Positions 22,001-34,969 of a DNA stretch of 64,000 nucleotides are shown in pieces. A program made the translations under genes and the position numbers. The stretch is from Mantamonas sphyraenae STR306 (lineage: Eukaryota; Protista; CRuMs): positions 372,001 to 436,000 of the forward strand of contig JAPMXV010000052.1 of NCBI GenBank assembly GCA_026936335.1, written 5' to 3'. Position 1 is the stretch's first letter. Every line of letters starts with the position of its first letter. A model generated the notes under the pieces. That model had not been told where the DNA came from and made no database searches. It saw only the letters and a program-made list of their open reading frames with translations.

Positions 22001-25000
22001 GCGCGCCGCATTCCTGGAGATGGCAGAGCAGCTGAGCCAGAAGAGCACCTACCGATTCGGGGCGGCACAGGCGTATGTGGATCGCATCGGTACGGTCGTA
22101 CGCGAGCGCGCCATGTTGTTGTTGAACAAGATGGACCCGACGGACCGCGGGGCGGGTTTCCTCGTCGAGCTGCTGATGGTCGTGTCGGAGGACTTGCACA
22201 CGGCGAGCGTGTCGAGCACAGCACAAAAAGACGTGGTGACGCGTTCGATGGGCATGCGCACGAGCGGAGGCAGACCTGGCATGGGTGCGTTGGAGCGCAC
22301 AATCAGCGCGCCTGCGCACGCCATCAAGGCAGCAGACATGTCCATGGAGTTGAGTACACACCCGCTGGACGACGTGGTGCCAGACTTGCTGGCGTTCCTG
22401 TGCAAGGACAACCTGCACAACCTGGCCACTGCGCGCGCATGGTGCATGGTGATGCGCCTGCTGTGCAAAGCGTCGTCGCTGACCATGGTATCGCAGGCCG
22501 AATTCGTGCAACTCCTGTCGACGGTGCTCATGTCGTCCGCGGAAGTGCAGGGAGTGGTGCACAATGACTTTGAATCCCTGATGAACAAGGTCCTGAACGA
22601 AACCAAGTCGCGGCGCGTTCGACGTAGCATGGTGATGGTGCTCGCAGAGACCCTGGAGTACTCGCAGTCGTTGCCGTCGCCACGCAGCTTCATGGTGGTG
22701 CTGGATGCACTCAAGAATACGGTGGATCTTGACATGAGCCCGCCCATCGACATGGTCGTGAGCATGATCGAGGCCGCCGTGCAGTGCCTTCCAGACATGC
22801 ACACCATGCGCCAAACCATGGATGCGGTGCCTGTGACACAGACAGACCTCGTGTTTGAGGTCTTGTCGCTGATCAAGCTTGTGCTTCTGGCCACAGGTTC
22901 TCAGCAGCGTCTGGGTGACCGCCTCAGCGCCGAGTCGGAGGAGAGTGCGCCTGTGTTTATTGCACGGCTCATGTCCTGGTTGACGCTGGTGAACCGCCTG
23001 GGCGTGCAGGGAGTGGCCGAGGCAGCAAAGAGGCGCAAGGACCGCGTTGTGCGTCCTCTGCGTCTGCACGAAACGGTGAGCGACATGCTGTCGCATCTGG
23101 GCAGCGACAGGCGCCTGGCGAAGCATCTGTTGCAGGCAGGCGTGTCCGTACTGTCGCACACGCCGTCGACGGCTGTGGCCAACGTGTGCATGTCTGTCAT
23201 CCACGACGACTCGCTGGCAGAGTACTTTGCTCATGAACTGGGCGCCTCCAGCATGCTTGTCGACGCCCTGACCTCCACGGGACAGATGAGTGGATTCAGC
23301 GGAGCCAACTTGGCTCCCTTGCGCAAGGCGTTGAAGAACGACTGGTCGTGGACGACCAGCACAACTTCCGTGGTGCCGCCTCCTCCGGCGCCGCCGGTGG
23401 CGCCGTCTTTGAGCAAAAACAAGGCATCCAGTGGCATTGGAAAGCTCACGGGCAAGAGCAAGGGCAAGAGCAAAGGCAGCGAGCGGGCGAGTGGCAGCAG
23501 TAACGACGCCAGTGCCGACCGTGCGCGCCACGCAAAGCAGATGCAGACGGGCGTGGACATTACGAAGCAAGTGTCAGGCTCGCCGGCACAGGTCAAGTCG
23601 ACGCTGATGGCAAACACGAGCTCGTATTGGAACTACGAGTTTGCGGACAAAACGAAGCCGCTGCAGCTGGATCTGGATTTGGGCAGCGACTCGCTGCTGC
23701 GCTCCATCAGCCTGACTTTTGTGGAAAACTACTACTACAGCATCGAGTACAGCAAACTGCCGGCGTACGTGATTGTGCTCACGGGTCGGGAGAAAGGACG
23801 CATGATGCCGTGCGGTCGCTTTCCCGTGCGCTCAGTGTTGGCTGGCACCAGCACCAGCCAGGCCTCGAGTCTGCTCAAGGTGGTTGTCCCGACTCTGGGA
23901 CTTGTGCGGTACGTGCAGTTGGTGATTCCTGCGCCGGAAAACGCGCGCACCATTGCCATGTCCTCGCTGTCCGTGATGGGTGTGCCCAACTCGAAACTTG
24001 CAGCATGGTCAGACTCGGTGACGGGTCTGGAGCCGTCGATGCTGCCTGTGGACACGGTGCTTGGCATGTTGCACAATGTGTGCAAGTACGACAGCGTGCT
24101 CACTGGCCTGTGTGCAAACTCGGCCGTTGTGGACCGCCTGTCCGCTGCGTTGCTGGAGAATTTGAGCGAGGCGACGTCGAGCAAGGTGATTGACATTGTG
24201 TGCGGCCTGTGCAACGTGGACGACTCGTTGGCAGACGCCATGATGTTGAAGCTGCAGGCGCGTGCGTCGCACAGCGGCCAAGCAAACGCCGATCTGGCGA
24301 GCGCGCTGTGCACTCTGAACAGCAGTGGGTCGGCGCGGCGTTTCCTGGGCCTGCGTTCGTTTGTGTTTGAGCAACTGGTGGAGCTTGCGGACGAGGGCAT
24401 GTCGTTGCCCACGCCTCTGTCAGGCTTTGTGGTTGCTGTTGCGCGCGCGATGAACAGCGGCAGTGCGTCGAGCGACGTGAGCAGCGAGGAGCTTCAGGCG
24501 TTGCTGAAGCTGACGGGCCTGCACTTTGAGGGCAGCACAGGTCTGGATGCACTGTTGATGCTGCTGTCTGCACTTGTGCGCCTGCAGCCGCAGCACTTTA
24601 CGGACATGCTGACCGAGAGCGAAAGCCTGTTTGACGCCAGCGCTGTGGTGGACCAGGCTCTGGTGAATCTGGGCAAACTGAGCTGTGTGAGTGCAGAAAC
24701 GAGCGCGGCGCTGGTGCAATCGATGCTGATTGAGAAGATGGCCAACAATCTCGAGCTTGTGCTGACGGATGGCGGGCGTAGCGGGGACAAGGCGCCGGAA
24801 GGCAGGCATGCAGGCAAGGGCAAGGGCAAGAGCAGCAAGGAAGACAAGAGTGGAGACACTGGACTGTCGCAGGCTCAGGAACAGGTTGTGGTGCAGACAC
24901 TGCGTTTCTTCCGCAACGCGGCGCACAACTCGACGATCAAGCAGTGGATTGGCACGCACGTGTTTGACATTGTGTTTGACGCAATCGACAAGCTGGAGTA

Positions 25001-26293
25001 CCAGTCGAGCGCAGTGGACGCGTTTGTGTCCTTGATGGAGGCCTGTCTGTCGGGCGAAAAGGAGAACCAGGAGCGTGTGGTGACCTTCCTGTTGAGCGTG
25101 GTGCAGCAAGACCAGATCTCCAAGTTTATGGCGACACTTGTGCAGCGTCTGATTGCGCTGGAAGACAAGGTTGCAGTGTGTATGTTGCGCCTGCCCGGAA
25201 GTGAACTGGACCTTGAGCAGATGATTGCACAGGCTGCGGAGGAGGTGGCGGCACCGGCGTGGTCGTTCGAGTGGGACGAGACACGTGGCCACGCGGAGTT
25301 GCATGTGGATGGCGACACGTTGACAGCGTCTGCCAACGCGTCGTACGTGTGGCGCACCATGCTCGGCTCGGCGCCGTTTGAGTCGACGGGTGTGACGTCG
25401 TACACGGTGGAGGTGGCCAAGTCGTCGTCATCTTGCAACATTTTCATCGGTGTGGCTGAGGATGGCCACAAGAAGGACCAGTATGTGGGTCAAAACGCAC
25501 AGACTCCTGGATGGGCGTTCTATGGCTGCTCGCCGGGGTACCTGTACCACAACGGTGGAAGCAAGAACTACGGCGCGGCGCTGCGCCAAGGCGACCTGGT
25601 GACGATTACGGTTGACATGGACGAGGGCACCATGTCTGTGTCAGTCAACGACATGTCTCACGGCGTGGCGTACTCGGACATTCCGCGAGATAAGGATCTT
25701 TTTGCTGCGGTGTCGCTCTACGACGCCAACGACCAGTTGCGCATTGTGGAATGTGATTGGTCTGGATCGTCGAGCAACGAGGTCGAGGAAGGATTGCAGC
25801 CCGGTGTAAGTGCATACCAGGTGGCCAGCGACAGTGCGGTGAAGTACCACCGTACAGAGCCTGTGCTTGAGTTTGGCCGCGAGCTTACGGTGGAGGGCAT
25901 GACGCGTGCCCTGCTTTCACGAGGCATGAAAATGGAGGTGCGCACGAGCGGCGACGCTTCATCGACGCCTGTGAGTGGGTCGGTGACGCTGGGTGAGCTG
26001 CTGTCGTCCGACAGCGGGTCGGAGATTGTGGACGTGTGGTACTCTGTGCAAAAGGTGAACGCGGAAGAGACACAGGTGAAGGGACAGGGACAGGAACAGG
26101 GACAGGGGCATGCACAGAGCAATGCTCATTCGTCTGGCGTCGGTACAGCAGGCAGCAGCGGAAGCGGAACGGGGCACGCGGCGCGTGACGTGCTAAAGGT
26201 GGGCTCTGCAGCAGCAGCGACTACGCCCGTGCTGGACACGTTCACGGAAAAGGGTGGCTTGCAGCGGTTGATGGCACTGGTGAGTGCCCAAGT

Positions 26294-26327
<34 letters not shown>

Positions 26328-28496
26328 GGCGGAAGCTCAGCAGGCGTGTGGAAGCTGTGGCTGAAGGAACTGGCGTCGATGATGACCATCAGCGGATACG
26401 CATCGGCGTTCATCCAGGACCAAACCAGCCGGGAGCTGCTGTTTTGCTTGCTGATGAACAAGGATCCGGCGGAGGAGTCGAGCGTGAGCGAAGAGGACCT
26501 TGCACACCCCGAGCGGCTGCTGGAGAATGTGTTCCATGCACTGCTCGCGCGTAAAGAGTCGCTGCAGAAGCGTCTCAAGGTGCGTGAGGACACGGTGAGC
26601 GGTGGCACGTTTGCGTTTATGCTTGCAACGATGTCCTCGCTGAGCTCGACGGCGCACAGGAACCCCGAGCGGTTTGCAGAGGTGGTGGCACCTTCGGCCA
26701 AGGGCAAGGGCAAGGAGACAGGTAGCACGAGCCAGAGCAACAAGAGCAGGGGAAGGGGCGGAGGTGGCGGCGGAAGCGGCAAGAAGTATTGGGCAGCCGG
26801 GACGGGCTACGGCACGAATTCGGACAGCAGCAGCGACTGGAACCATCGCAAGTATGTGAAAGAGCAGGAAAAGAAGGCGGAGGAGTTGCAGGAGCACCTG
26901 TTGGTGATGGATCTGTTTTTCGAGGCGTTTGAAGAAGGGTCGCCGTTGCCCGAGGGCCTGGTGGAGTTGCTGCTGGATTCGTGCTTCGTGCCTGTGCTGA
27001 GCAGCTACCTGAGGAACGACTCGTTGCTGGACATGTCCAAGTTTGTGGGCCTGTACATGACGGTGTTCCAGCTGACGCAGCGGCTGACGCAGCACAGCGG
27101 GCTGTGGCCGCTGTTGGAGACACTGCCTGGCGACGAGCCAGGTCATGGGGTGGCCAAACTGATGCAGCACATGAACGGCATGGCGAGTGTGATCACCAAG
27201 CGTGCGTCTGGGGAGGAGGACGCAGAGGTGGTCGAGCTGGCACACGCAATCACGTTGGCGTACAGCGCCGTGGAGCATGCCATGGAGCAGCTGGAAACAA
27301 AGAGAAAGGCAGACAAGGGCAAGGGTGCGGCAGCGGCGAGTGGTGGCTCGTCATCGTCGTCGGACGGCGAAGGAGGCGCAGGCGAAGAGGACGCGCTGGC
27401 GGCGCTGAAGGAGGCGTATGTGGCCATGTGGGAGGAGCACCAGTTTGACGAGTGTGACATGAGTGAAGGTGGGTCGTACGGAACACACCACTACTGCAGC
27501 AACATCATGCAGGGATCGGGCAACGAGTCGGCCAAGGTGAAGCGACTTGTGCGTGAGATGGGCTCGATGAGCATGAGTTTGCCCAAGTTTTGGGGCTCGT
27601 CGGTGGCTGTGCGTGTGGATGAGGAGCGTCTGGACGTGATGAAGGCCATCATCACGGGACCGGAGGGCACACCGTACAGCAATGGCGTGTTCCTGTTCGA
27701 CCTGTTTGCGCCTTCAAACTATCCGAACGGACCGCCGCTGGTGAATCTGGAAACGACGGGCAACCACTCGGTGCGGTTTAATCCGAACCTGTACAACGAG
27801 GGCAAGGTGTGCCTGTCGCTATTGGGCACGTGGAGTGGCGGGGCCAACGAGCAATGGAACTCGGAGACCTCGACGCTGCTGCAGGTGTTTGTGTCCATCC
27901 AAAGTCTGATTCTGGTGGACGAGCCGTACTTCAACGAACCGGGATATGAGTCGAGCATGGGCACGGCAAGCGGCATTGCGTCGTCGCGTGCGTACAACGA
28001 AAACATCCGTTGGGCGACTGTGAAGTGGGCCATGGTGGACCAGATCCGCCACCCGTCGCCACACTTCCGGGAGTTGATCCACGAGCACTTCCGCATGAAG
28101 CGCGAGCACATCTGCAAGCAGGTGCTGGAGTGGCTGGAGGAAGCCAAGTCGAGCCCGGATAAGCAGCACGCGAAGAAGCTGCAGAAGGAATTTGACGAGT
28201 TGGTGACGGAGCTGCAGGCACTGGACCCTGAGACGCCGCTGAAGATCCCTGGCCAGGAGGAGAAGATGGAGGCGGAGCGGAGGGAGGCGGTGAAGAAGGA
28301 ACTGGAGTTCTGGGATGCAGCGATTGGGTTGACAGAGATTGTGCCGGACATGCCCATGGGTCTGCTTGTGGAAGCGATGAAGCGCCACGACAAGAATCTG
28401 GAGCCTGCGCTGAACTGGCTGTTTGAGAGCGGCATCGACTTCCTAGCGAGCCACCCTGAGCTCGCTGAAAAGACGAGGCCTGTCCTGGACGAATGA
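16099..28496 (+). CDS. BIRC6: Giant BIRC6/BRUCE-like E2/E3 ubiquitin-conjugating enzyme
   Basis: BIR domain (REQTFEHWPH...LARAGFYH...FCC...WETDDHPWEEH...PHCEFV, ~17140-17405), long helical region, SPRY (~25260-25760), UBC with RFNPNLYNEGKVCLSLLGTW (~27530-28130), UBA-like tail. Main exon 17040-28496; the 5' exon structure (16099-17039) is less certain. Confidence 0.88.
26295..26326 (+). repeat. (AGC)n microsatellite encoding poly-Ser
   Basis: About 10 consecutive agc units within BIRC6. Confidence 0.8.
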
Positions 28497-28710
28497 AGCG
28501 GATGTTCCTTTGCTGATCCTTTGCTGTTCCTTTGCTTTGCTTTTTGCGGTGTTCAGTGGTGGTTGGGTGGGGTGGTGGGTGATGATGCGTTGCAGTTCGC
28601 GACAATGTGGGCAGAAGAGACTTTCGTGTTTTTGCAGAATCCATTTCCTTCATCTCAACACACTGCTGCCTTGGCGGACGTTCCGTCCCATTCGTCGCAC
28701 GGCAAGGTGC

Positions 28711-30613
28711 TTACTCGGAAGCCTCCTTGAGCTTGGCGTTCTCGGCCTCGAGCTCGGCCACGCGTGCCTCGAGTTCGGCGATCTTGGCCTGGGCCTCCTT
28801 GAGGGCCTCGGCGTTGCCGCTGCCAAAGCTCTTCATCTTCTTGGCCTTGGGCTTGGAAGAGGAAGAAGAGGAGCCGCTGGAGCCGGGCTTGGTGGCCTCA
28901 TAAATGTCCTTGGCGTCCATGAGCTTGGGGTCGGCGTCAGCGCCACCCACCCACTCCTCGGCGGTGAGGGCAGCCTCGCCGGAGAAGGTCTCGGGGAAGA
29001 TGTCGTCCTGGAACATGTCGCTCTTGCGGGGCACAACCATCTCAAGGGGCTCGATGGAGTTGCTGGTGAGTTTGAGGAGGCGCGTGATCTCACAGCCGTA
29101 CACGTTGCAGGCACGCTTGGGGAGCATGGCCATGCCGCGAGAGGGCGAGTTGCTCTTGTACTCGTTGAGGTAGTAGTAGTAGGGCTTGGAGTCCTCAAAC
29201 TCGTAGTAGCGGATGTTGCCGTCACCCTTGCCTGCGAGGAACATGACTCCCGTGTCCTCGTCGTAGAAGGGCATGATGATGCCCGAGGCGGTGTCGATCT
29301 CGCACGTGGCAATGGGCTTCTCCATGGCACGCGGGTCCCAGATGCCAAAGATGCGGTCCGAGGTGCGGCTGAAGCCAGACACAAACAGCTTGTCCTTCTT
29401 GCCCATCCACACGCAGCGGGAGCCCTTGACGCCCGGGTGGCCGTCGGTCTCGGCAGCGATGGCGTTCTGACGCGGGTCAATAATGCGCACCTTCTTGTCG
29501 CGGCACGAAGTCAGGATCTGAGAGCCCTGGTAGTTCCAGTCGGAGCACTGGATGATGTCGCCGTGGCCTTCCACGCTGGCGTGCTCGGCACCGGTCTCGA
29601 TGTCCCACAGCTTCAGGGTGTGGTCGGTCGACGTGGACATCAGGATGTTGTCCGCCACCGGGTTGAAGTGGATCTCGCCCACCTGTAGCGTGTGACCAGG
29701 GTGAGGCACGAGGTTGGTCCGGGACGTTTTTGTGTGTGTGCAGGTTTTGCAACAAGGAGGGTTTTTCGCCAGAGACGAAACAAGCGTGCGGCACAGGCCG
29801 ACAGCGAGCAGCAGGAGCGCAGAGGGACACACACAGGGATGAATGGGGTGCGAGGAACGAGGTGTGAGCAGATGGCCATGGCACATGGGCAGGGTGTGTG
29901 TGGATTTGCGAGAGTTGGGCGGAGAAAGCGAGTTGCTGCGTGGCGGGAGGGCTTTTCACCGAGAGGGAAAGTCGTCAGGCAGAAAAAGGGCTGTGCAACC
30001 CCAAGGAGGATGGCATGCAGGGTATGGGTGGTGCACACAGGGGCGTAGACACAACATGCGTCCTGGGGAATGGCGAGTGCAGTGCATGCAAGGGCGTGTA
30101 GTGCAGGAGAGGTGCAAAGGCAGATGGCGGGAGTGAAAAAAAAAGGCTGGGGCCCCATGATTTGACGATTGGCAAACACGGGTGCTGCGCGGCACATGGG
30201 CATGTGGAGCGTACCTTGCGCTGATGGCCGAGCAGCTCCTGCAAGCACTCGTCGCTGGTCTCGGTGAGGCCCTCCTCAGGGATGCCCCAGATCTTGATGG
30301 AGCAGTCCTCGGAACAGGAGGCGATGAGGTGGTCGTTGAACGGGTGGAAGTCCAGGTCGAGGACATGTCCAGTGTGGCCCGTGAACAGAGGCTGCTGGTC
30401 GACGGGGCGGCCAGTGTTCTCCTGGTTGATCACAGCAAAGGCACCTCCTCCTCCGGCGTCCCAGCACACACCGATGAACAGCGAGTTGGCCTTGATGTAG
30501 TTGCTATCCCAAGCGGAGCGGGTCAGCTTGATAGCATCGTAGCACTGCTCCTTCTTGCGTGCTGTGCCAAACACGTGGCGATACTTGCTCTGGCGCATGT
30601 TGAACTTGGACAT
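28711..30613 (-). CDS. CORO: Coronin (actin-binding WD40 protein)
   Basis: RQSKYRHVFG, GGGGAFAV, WD40 repeats, GKGDGNIRYYE, VPRKSDMFQDDIFP and a C-terminal coiled coil; intron 30214-29683. Confidence 0.96.
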
Positions 30614-31085
30614 GATGGATGTCTTTTGTTTTGTTTGAAAAAGGTGGGTGGAGGTGGGCAGGGCCAACCCACTCACGACGCTATGTTCACTTTGCTCTCC
30701 TCACACGCAGCAACCGTGTGGATGGACAACACACGAACCGGACCCACTGTGTATGCCTCTTGCCACTGCTGGGAAGCACAGTATGCCTCCACCTTCCGCA
30801 CGACAGCGACGGCACCATGCTGGATGCTCTTTAGCACCAGAGAGGTCATCAAGGAGCTGGAGTGGGGAGTGTTGGGACGATTGGATGGGTGCATGTGTGC
30901 ATGTGAGGTGAGTGTGAGTGAAAACTGGACATCAGGACCTATTCCCAGTTTGCTCCAAATTCAGCTTGCGCCTGCGCACCGCTATGGAAACGATGAAGCA
31001 CACGTACCGTGAGAGCACAAAGAGTAGGGAGTGCTGCGGTGCATGGAGGGACGCCAGCGCGAGGGCAACCAAGCCGGTGGCAACG

Positions 31086-32012
31086 ATGCCGATTCCGATC
31101 TTCATCTCCAAGCTGCTTGGCTTCTTGCCGCCCGTCATCAAGGCTGTTGACTTGGGCGTCAAAGCGCTGAAGCTGACCAACGAATTGGCACCCAAAAAGC
31201 TGACGCCGAGCGAGTGGGTGCGTATCAGCACGGGAGGGGTCACACACAGGACAACGCTGCACACGCTGGTGGGTAGGGAGCCGCGTAGTGTGTTTGCCAT
31301 CCTCAACGAGGCCCATGTGATGGAGCGAGTGATGATGGAGCAGGGCAAGGAGGAAAAGGACATCAAGGAACAAACAAAGCGAGTGCTGAACCGCGTGGAC
31401 GCGGCCGTGCTGCGTACCGTGCAGTGGAAACGTGTCGAGGACGGCGACGACGATATGCAGCTCGATGCAGACCCAGAGTACTTTCGCACCATCCTCAACT
31501 ACCTTCGCCACGGCCAGCTGGCCGTCGACCTCAACATCAACTTGTACGGTCTGCTAGCCGAGGCGCAGAGGTTGCAACTGCGCGATCTGGAAACTGACTT
31601 GCGCGAACTGCTCCAGCGCATGGACAGCAGCAGTTCGGGCATCACTCCGATCACGCTCATGAAGCCTCCTGCGCGTCCCTCCCACAAGCAGCACAGCACG
31701 CGGCCTCATGGCGTCGTGCTGATCACTCCCCGCCGCAACAACGCAGGCAAGATGTGGCTCCCCGCTTCTCAAGGACCGTCTACTCTGGCATCCACAACCA
31801 CACCACCGGCGGCATCATCATCGTCATCATCATCATCATCACCATCGTCTTCATCGTCATCTTCATCATCATCGCCCTCCTCCTCCTCCTCCTCTTCCTC
31901 CTCACACCACACACGCGCCAGTGACAGCAAGCACGAGGCAGGGATGGCCATGGCTGTTGGTCTGGCTGCGTTGGCATTGCTGGACACGTCACCGTTTGAG
32001 ACACCGATGTAG
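31086..32012 (+). CDS. BTB/POZ (KCTD-type T1) domain protein
   Basis: VRISTGGVTHRTTLHTL...LDADPEYFRTILNYLRHGQL...LLAEAQRLQL; start uncertain (30984 or 31086). Confidence 0.75.
   Translation: MPIPIFISKLLGFLPPVIKAVDLGVKALKLTNELAPKKLTPSEWVRISTGGVTHRTTLHTLVGREPRSVFAILNEAHVMERVMMEQGKEEKDIKEQTKRVLNRVDAAVLRTVQWKRVEDGDDDMQLDADPEYFRTILNYLRHGQLAVDLNINLYGLLAEAQRLQLRDLETDLRELLQRMDSSSSGITPITLMKPPARPSHKQHSTRPHGVVLITPRRNNAGKMWLPASQGPSTLASTTTPPAASSSSSSSSSPSSSSSSSSSSPSSSSSSSSSHHTRASDSKHEAGMAMAVGLAALALLDTSPFETPM
31813..31883 (+). repeat. (TCA/TCC)n trinucleotide tract encoding poly-Ser
   Basis: tcatcatcgtcatcatcatcatca...tcctcctcctcc. Confidence 0.8.
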
Positions 32013-32037
32013 TGAGCAGCAATCCCCACGTTCTTGT

Positions 32038-33266
32038 TTACTTCTTCTTGCGGAGGTGCTCAAACGCCTGGATGGTCTGCTTGAAAGCCAGCTCCTGCGA
32101 GTACAGTGGCTTGTAACCAATGTCGCGCTTGGCAGCAGTGATCTTGAAGTAATGGTGGGTGCCGGTGACCTGGACACGCGAGCTGTTGAAAGTCGGGTTC
32201 CAGTTGATGCCCACCTTGGCCAGCAGAAAGACAATGAGGTCCAGGAACAGAGCAATGTAGAGGATAAGGGCGTACGGCAGGTGGATCTTGGGACGGGGAT
32301 ACCCCAGAGCCTCGACCATGTCGCCGGCGACGCTCCAGAACTTCATGGGCTGGTCGTCGCTGACAAAAAAGGCCTTGCCACACGCAGCCGAGCCAGGGTA
32401 CAACGACTGGGCACCAAAGATATGTGCGGCGGCCGCGTTGCGAACGTAAGTAAAGTCCACCAGGTTCTCGCCGTCGCCAATGGTAAACTTGAGCTTGCCA
32501 GCAGCAGCGGCAGCAACGAGGTTGGGCATCAGCTGGGCGTCGCGAGGGCCGTACAGCGTGTGCGGCCGGATGGACACCGTCATGAGATCCTTCTTGCCGT
32601 TCGCCTTCATGACCAGCTGCTCTGCCAGCTGTTTCGTGTACGCGTAGTAGTCGTACGGCTTGGCTGGGTACGGCAACGACTCGTCGCCCCAGTGCAGGTC
32701 CTTGCCTTCAAACACCACGCTTGCCGTGCTTGTGTATACCAGCTTCGTCACACCAGACGTTTGGCACGCGTCAATGACGTTCTGCGTGCCGTCAACCACC
32801 ACGCGGTAGAACAGTGTGTTGGCTCCACGTGCAGCTGCGTTGGGTGCCACACAGTGGATCACCACGTCGATGTCCTTCATCGCCTTCAGCAAATCCTGCA
32901 AAGTAGGAATCCCCGCCGCGAGCAAAAAGTTTGTGTGTGTGTGTGTGCTGTGTCAGAACCATGGGGACTGTGAAGAGGGCACCCCACACGCGTTTCCCGT
33001 TCCGCTCACACACGCACCTCTTGCTTGGTGATGTCACCCAGCACCTCATCCACGTCATCCTCCTTGTTTTCGTTGGCACGCAGGTCAAACACGCGCACAC
33101 TGGCCACCTGTGCCTCCAGCTCTGCACCGGTGTCGCCGTCGGGTTGGCCGCCACGCATTCGCGCAAGCAGCAGCTCCACAATGTGCGATCCCAGGAAGCC
33201 GTTGCCTCCAATCACCAAATAGTTCTCTGGTTGCGGCTCCTCGAACGGGCTGCTGCGTGTGCTCAT
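32038..33266 (-). CDS. NSDHL: Sterol-4-alpha-carboxylate 3-dehydrogenase (3-beta-HSD family)
   Basis: LVIGGNGFLG, YTSTASVVFEG, YAYTK, IRPHTLYGPRD, IGDGENLVDFTYV and a C-terminal KKK ER-retrieval signal; intron 33017-32896. Confidence 0.9.
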
Positions 33267-33342
33267 CTTTGTGTGTTGTGTGTGTTCGCGTGGCATCCGC
33301 TGCGCGCCACCTGACCAAACACATCTCCACTTTGTCCCGCTC

Positions 33343-34953
33343 ATGGGCAACCAGCTCAGCCATGTGGAAGCCCTCTGGCATCCAGAGGAGTCTCTACCCT
33401 CCTGGGCCAAGCCTGCTGCCCTTGCCCTGGCTGTAGCTCCTCTTCTCTCCTCCTCCTCGGCTGCCGTGTACTACAAGCGCCCGCGTTCCACCTGGCCACG
33501 CACAGCGGCCAACCTCGCCGGCGTCCTGGCCATGCAGCTCATGTCCAGCGAGGCCCTTCTCGGCGCCAAACTCCCGGCCATTGAGAAGCTGTTTGGGTTT
33601 GACAAGCTCATGCTCACCCACAGGCAGGTGTGGTATGCCGCGGGGCTCCTTGTCCTCGGACACGTCGTTCACAAGGCCTACAACAAGCCCCTCTCTTATC
33701 TCTTTCGCATGCAGGGGCTGCGCGCACTCATCTACGGCCGACTTGCGTTGTGAGTGAACCTGCTGTTGCATGTGGTGACGTGGTGACGTGGTGGTGGTGG
33801 TTCGTGTTTCGTGTTTCGCTCACATCTCCACGGCCCTCCCTCTCCCCATCCATCCCCAGCTTCGGCATGCTCATCATTCCATTGTTGGCTTACTTTCAAA
33901 CCATGCCTGTGGGGAAGGGCTGGGTGCCTTGGAAGGTGTGGAAGCCTCTGCACTGGCTGCTGTACGCGGTCATCGGCCTCGCCCTGGCTCATGGCAAGGG
34001 CATGGGTCTGCGCAACACACCCAACAAATGGATGTGGTCGGGTTGGGTCGCCTCCCTCGCTGCTGTCGGCCTCTGGCGTGCCATCAATCTGCTTGCCCTC
34101 GACTCCACATACACCCTCCAGGTCGCCGGTGTCGTCCAGGAGACCCACGATGTCATCACCATTGTACGTGTGTGCCCTCTCAACGCCCTCCCTCTCCATC
34201 CCTTTCCTCATTGGCTCACACTTCCCTGTACAGCGTGTCCAACCCACACTCACCGGTGGCACCCTGCCCAAAGCACTGCGCTGTCGTCAGGCTGGCCAGT
34301 TTGCCATTCTGCGCCGCAAGGACGACGCCGCCTGGATGGACACTTGGGGTGAGCCCCACCCGTTCACCATGAGCGGCAGTGCAACGTCAGATTCCACCTT
34401 GCAGTTCACCATCAAGCGCAACCGCGGCGGCAAGTGGACCACACGCAACTGGCGCATTGGCGACGAGTTGCTCGTCGAGGGCGCCTTTGGCGTGTTCACG
34501 CCCTTGCAAGAGAAGCACGACAGCCTGGTGATGGTGGCGGGCGGCGTCGGCGTCACTCCGTTTCTCAGCATTTTGCGCCAGGCAGCGGACCAGCTGGCCT
34601 CAGGCTCACATCTGCACCTACCCACACGCATGGTGCTCATCCACTGTGTCCACAGTGCACAGGATATCATTGCCAAGGACAGCCTCAACCAGCTGCGACA
34701 GCAACTCGACGGCCGCTTCCAACACATCCTCTGCGTCAGCCATGCCGCGGAGCAGGACACGGCAGAGGATTTGGGCGCTGACCACCTCTACGCATCGCGT
34801 GTGACGCAGGCCATTGTCGATGAGCATGCTCAGCCGCACGACAAGACTTCCTACTGGGTGTGCGGTCCGCAAGGCCTAATTGACGGCGTCTCTCACATGC
34901 TGTACACATCCCACGGCGTCACTCGTGTCCACAGTGAACTGTTCGAGTGGTGA
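33343..34953 (+). CDS. Ferric reductase/NOX-like flavocytochrome b (TM heme domain plus FNR-type FAD/NAD(P) domain)
   Basis: Heme His pairs HRQVWYAAGLLVLGH and HWLLYAVIGLALAH; GQF, EPHPFT, EGAFG, MVAGGVGVTPF, CGP and terminal ELFEW; introns 33750-33859 and 34164-34233. Confidence 0.85.
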
Positions 34954-34969
34954 TGCAATGCATTGCCCT

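Noticed and set aside
21729-23570. Long antisense ORFs (613 aa here; also 6144-7850, 11980-13449, 17025-18581, 49224-50906)
   Set aside because: Shadow ORFs opposite real genes with strong GC3 bias; no motifs.
30614-31085. Possible extra gene or exon between coronin and the BTB gene
   Set aside because: Short ORFs without motifs; one donor-like site but no convincing exon chain.
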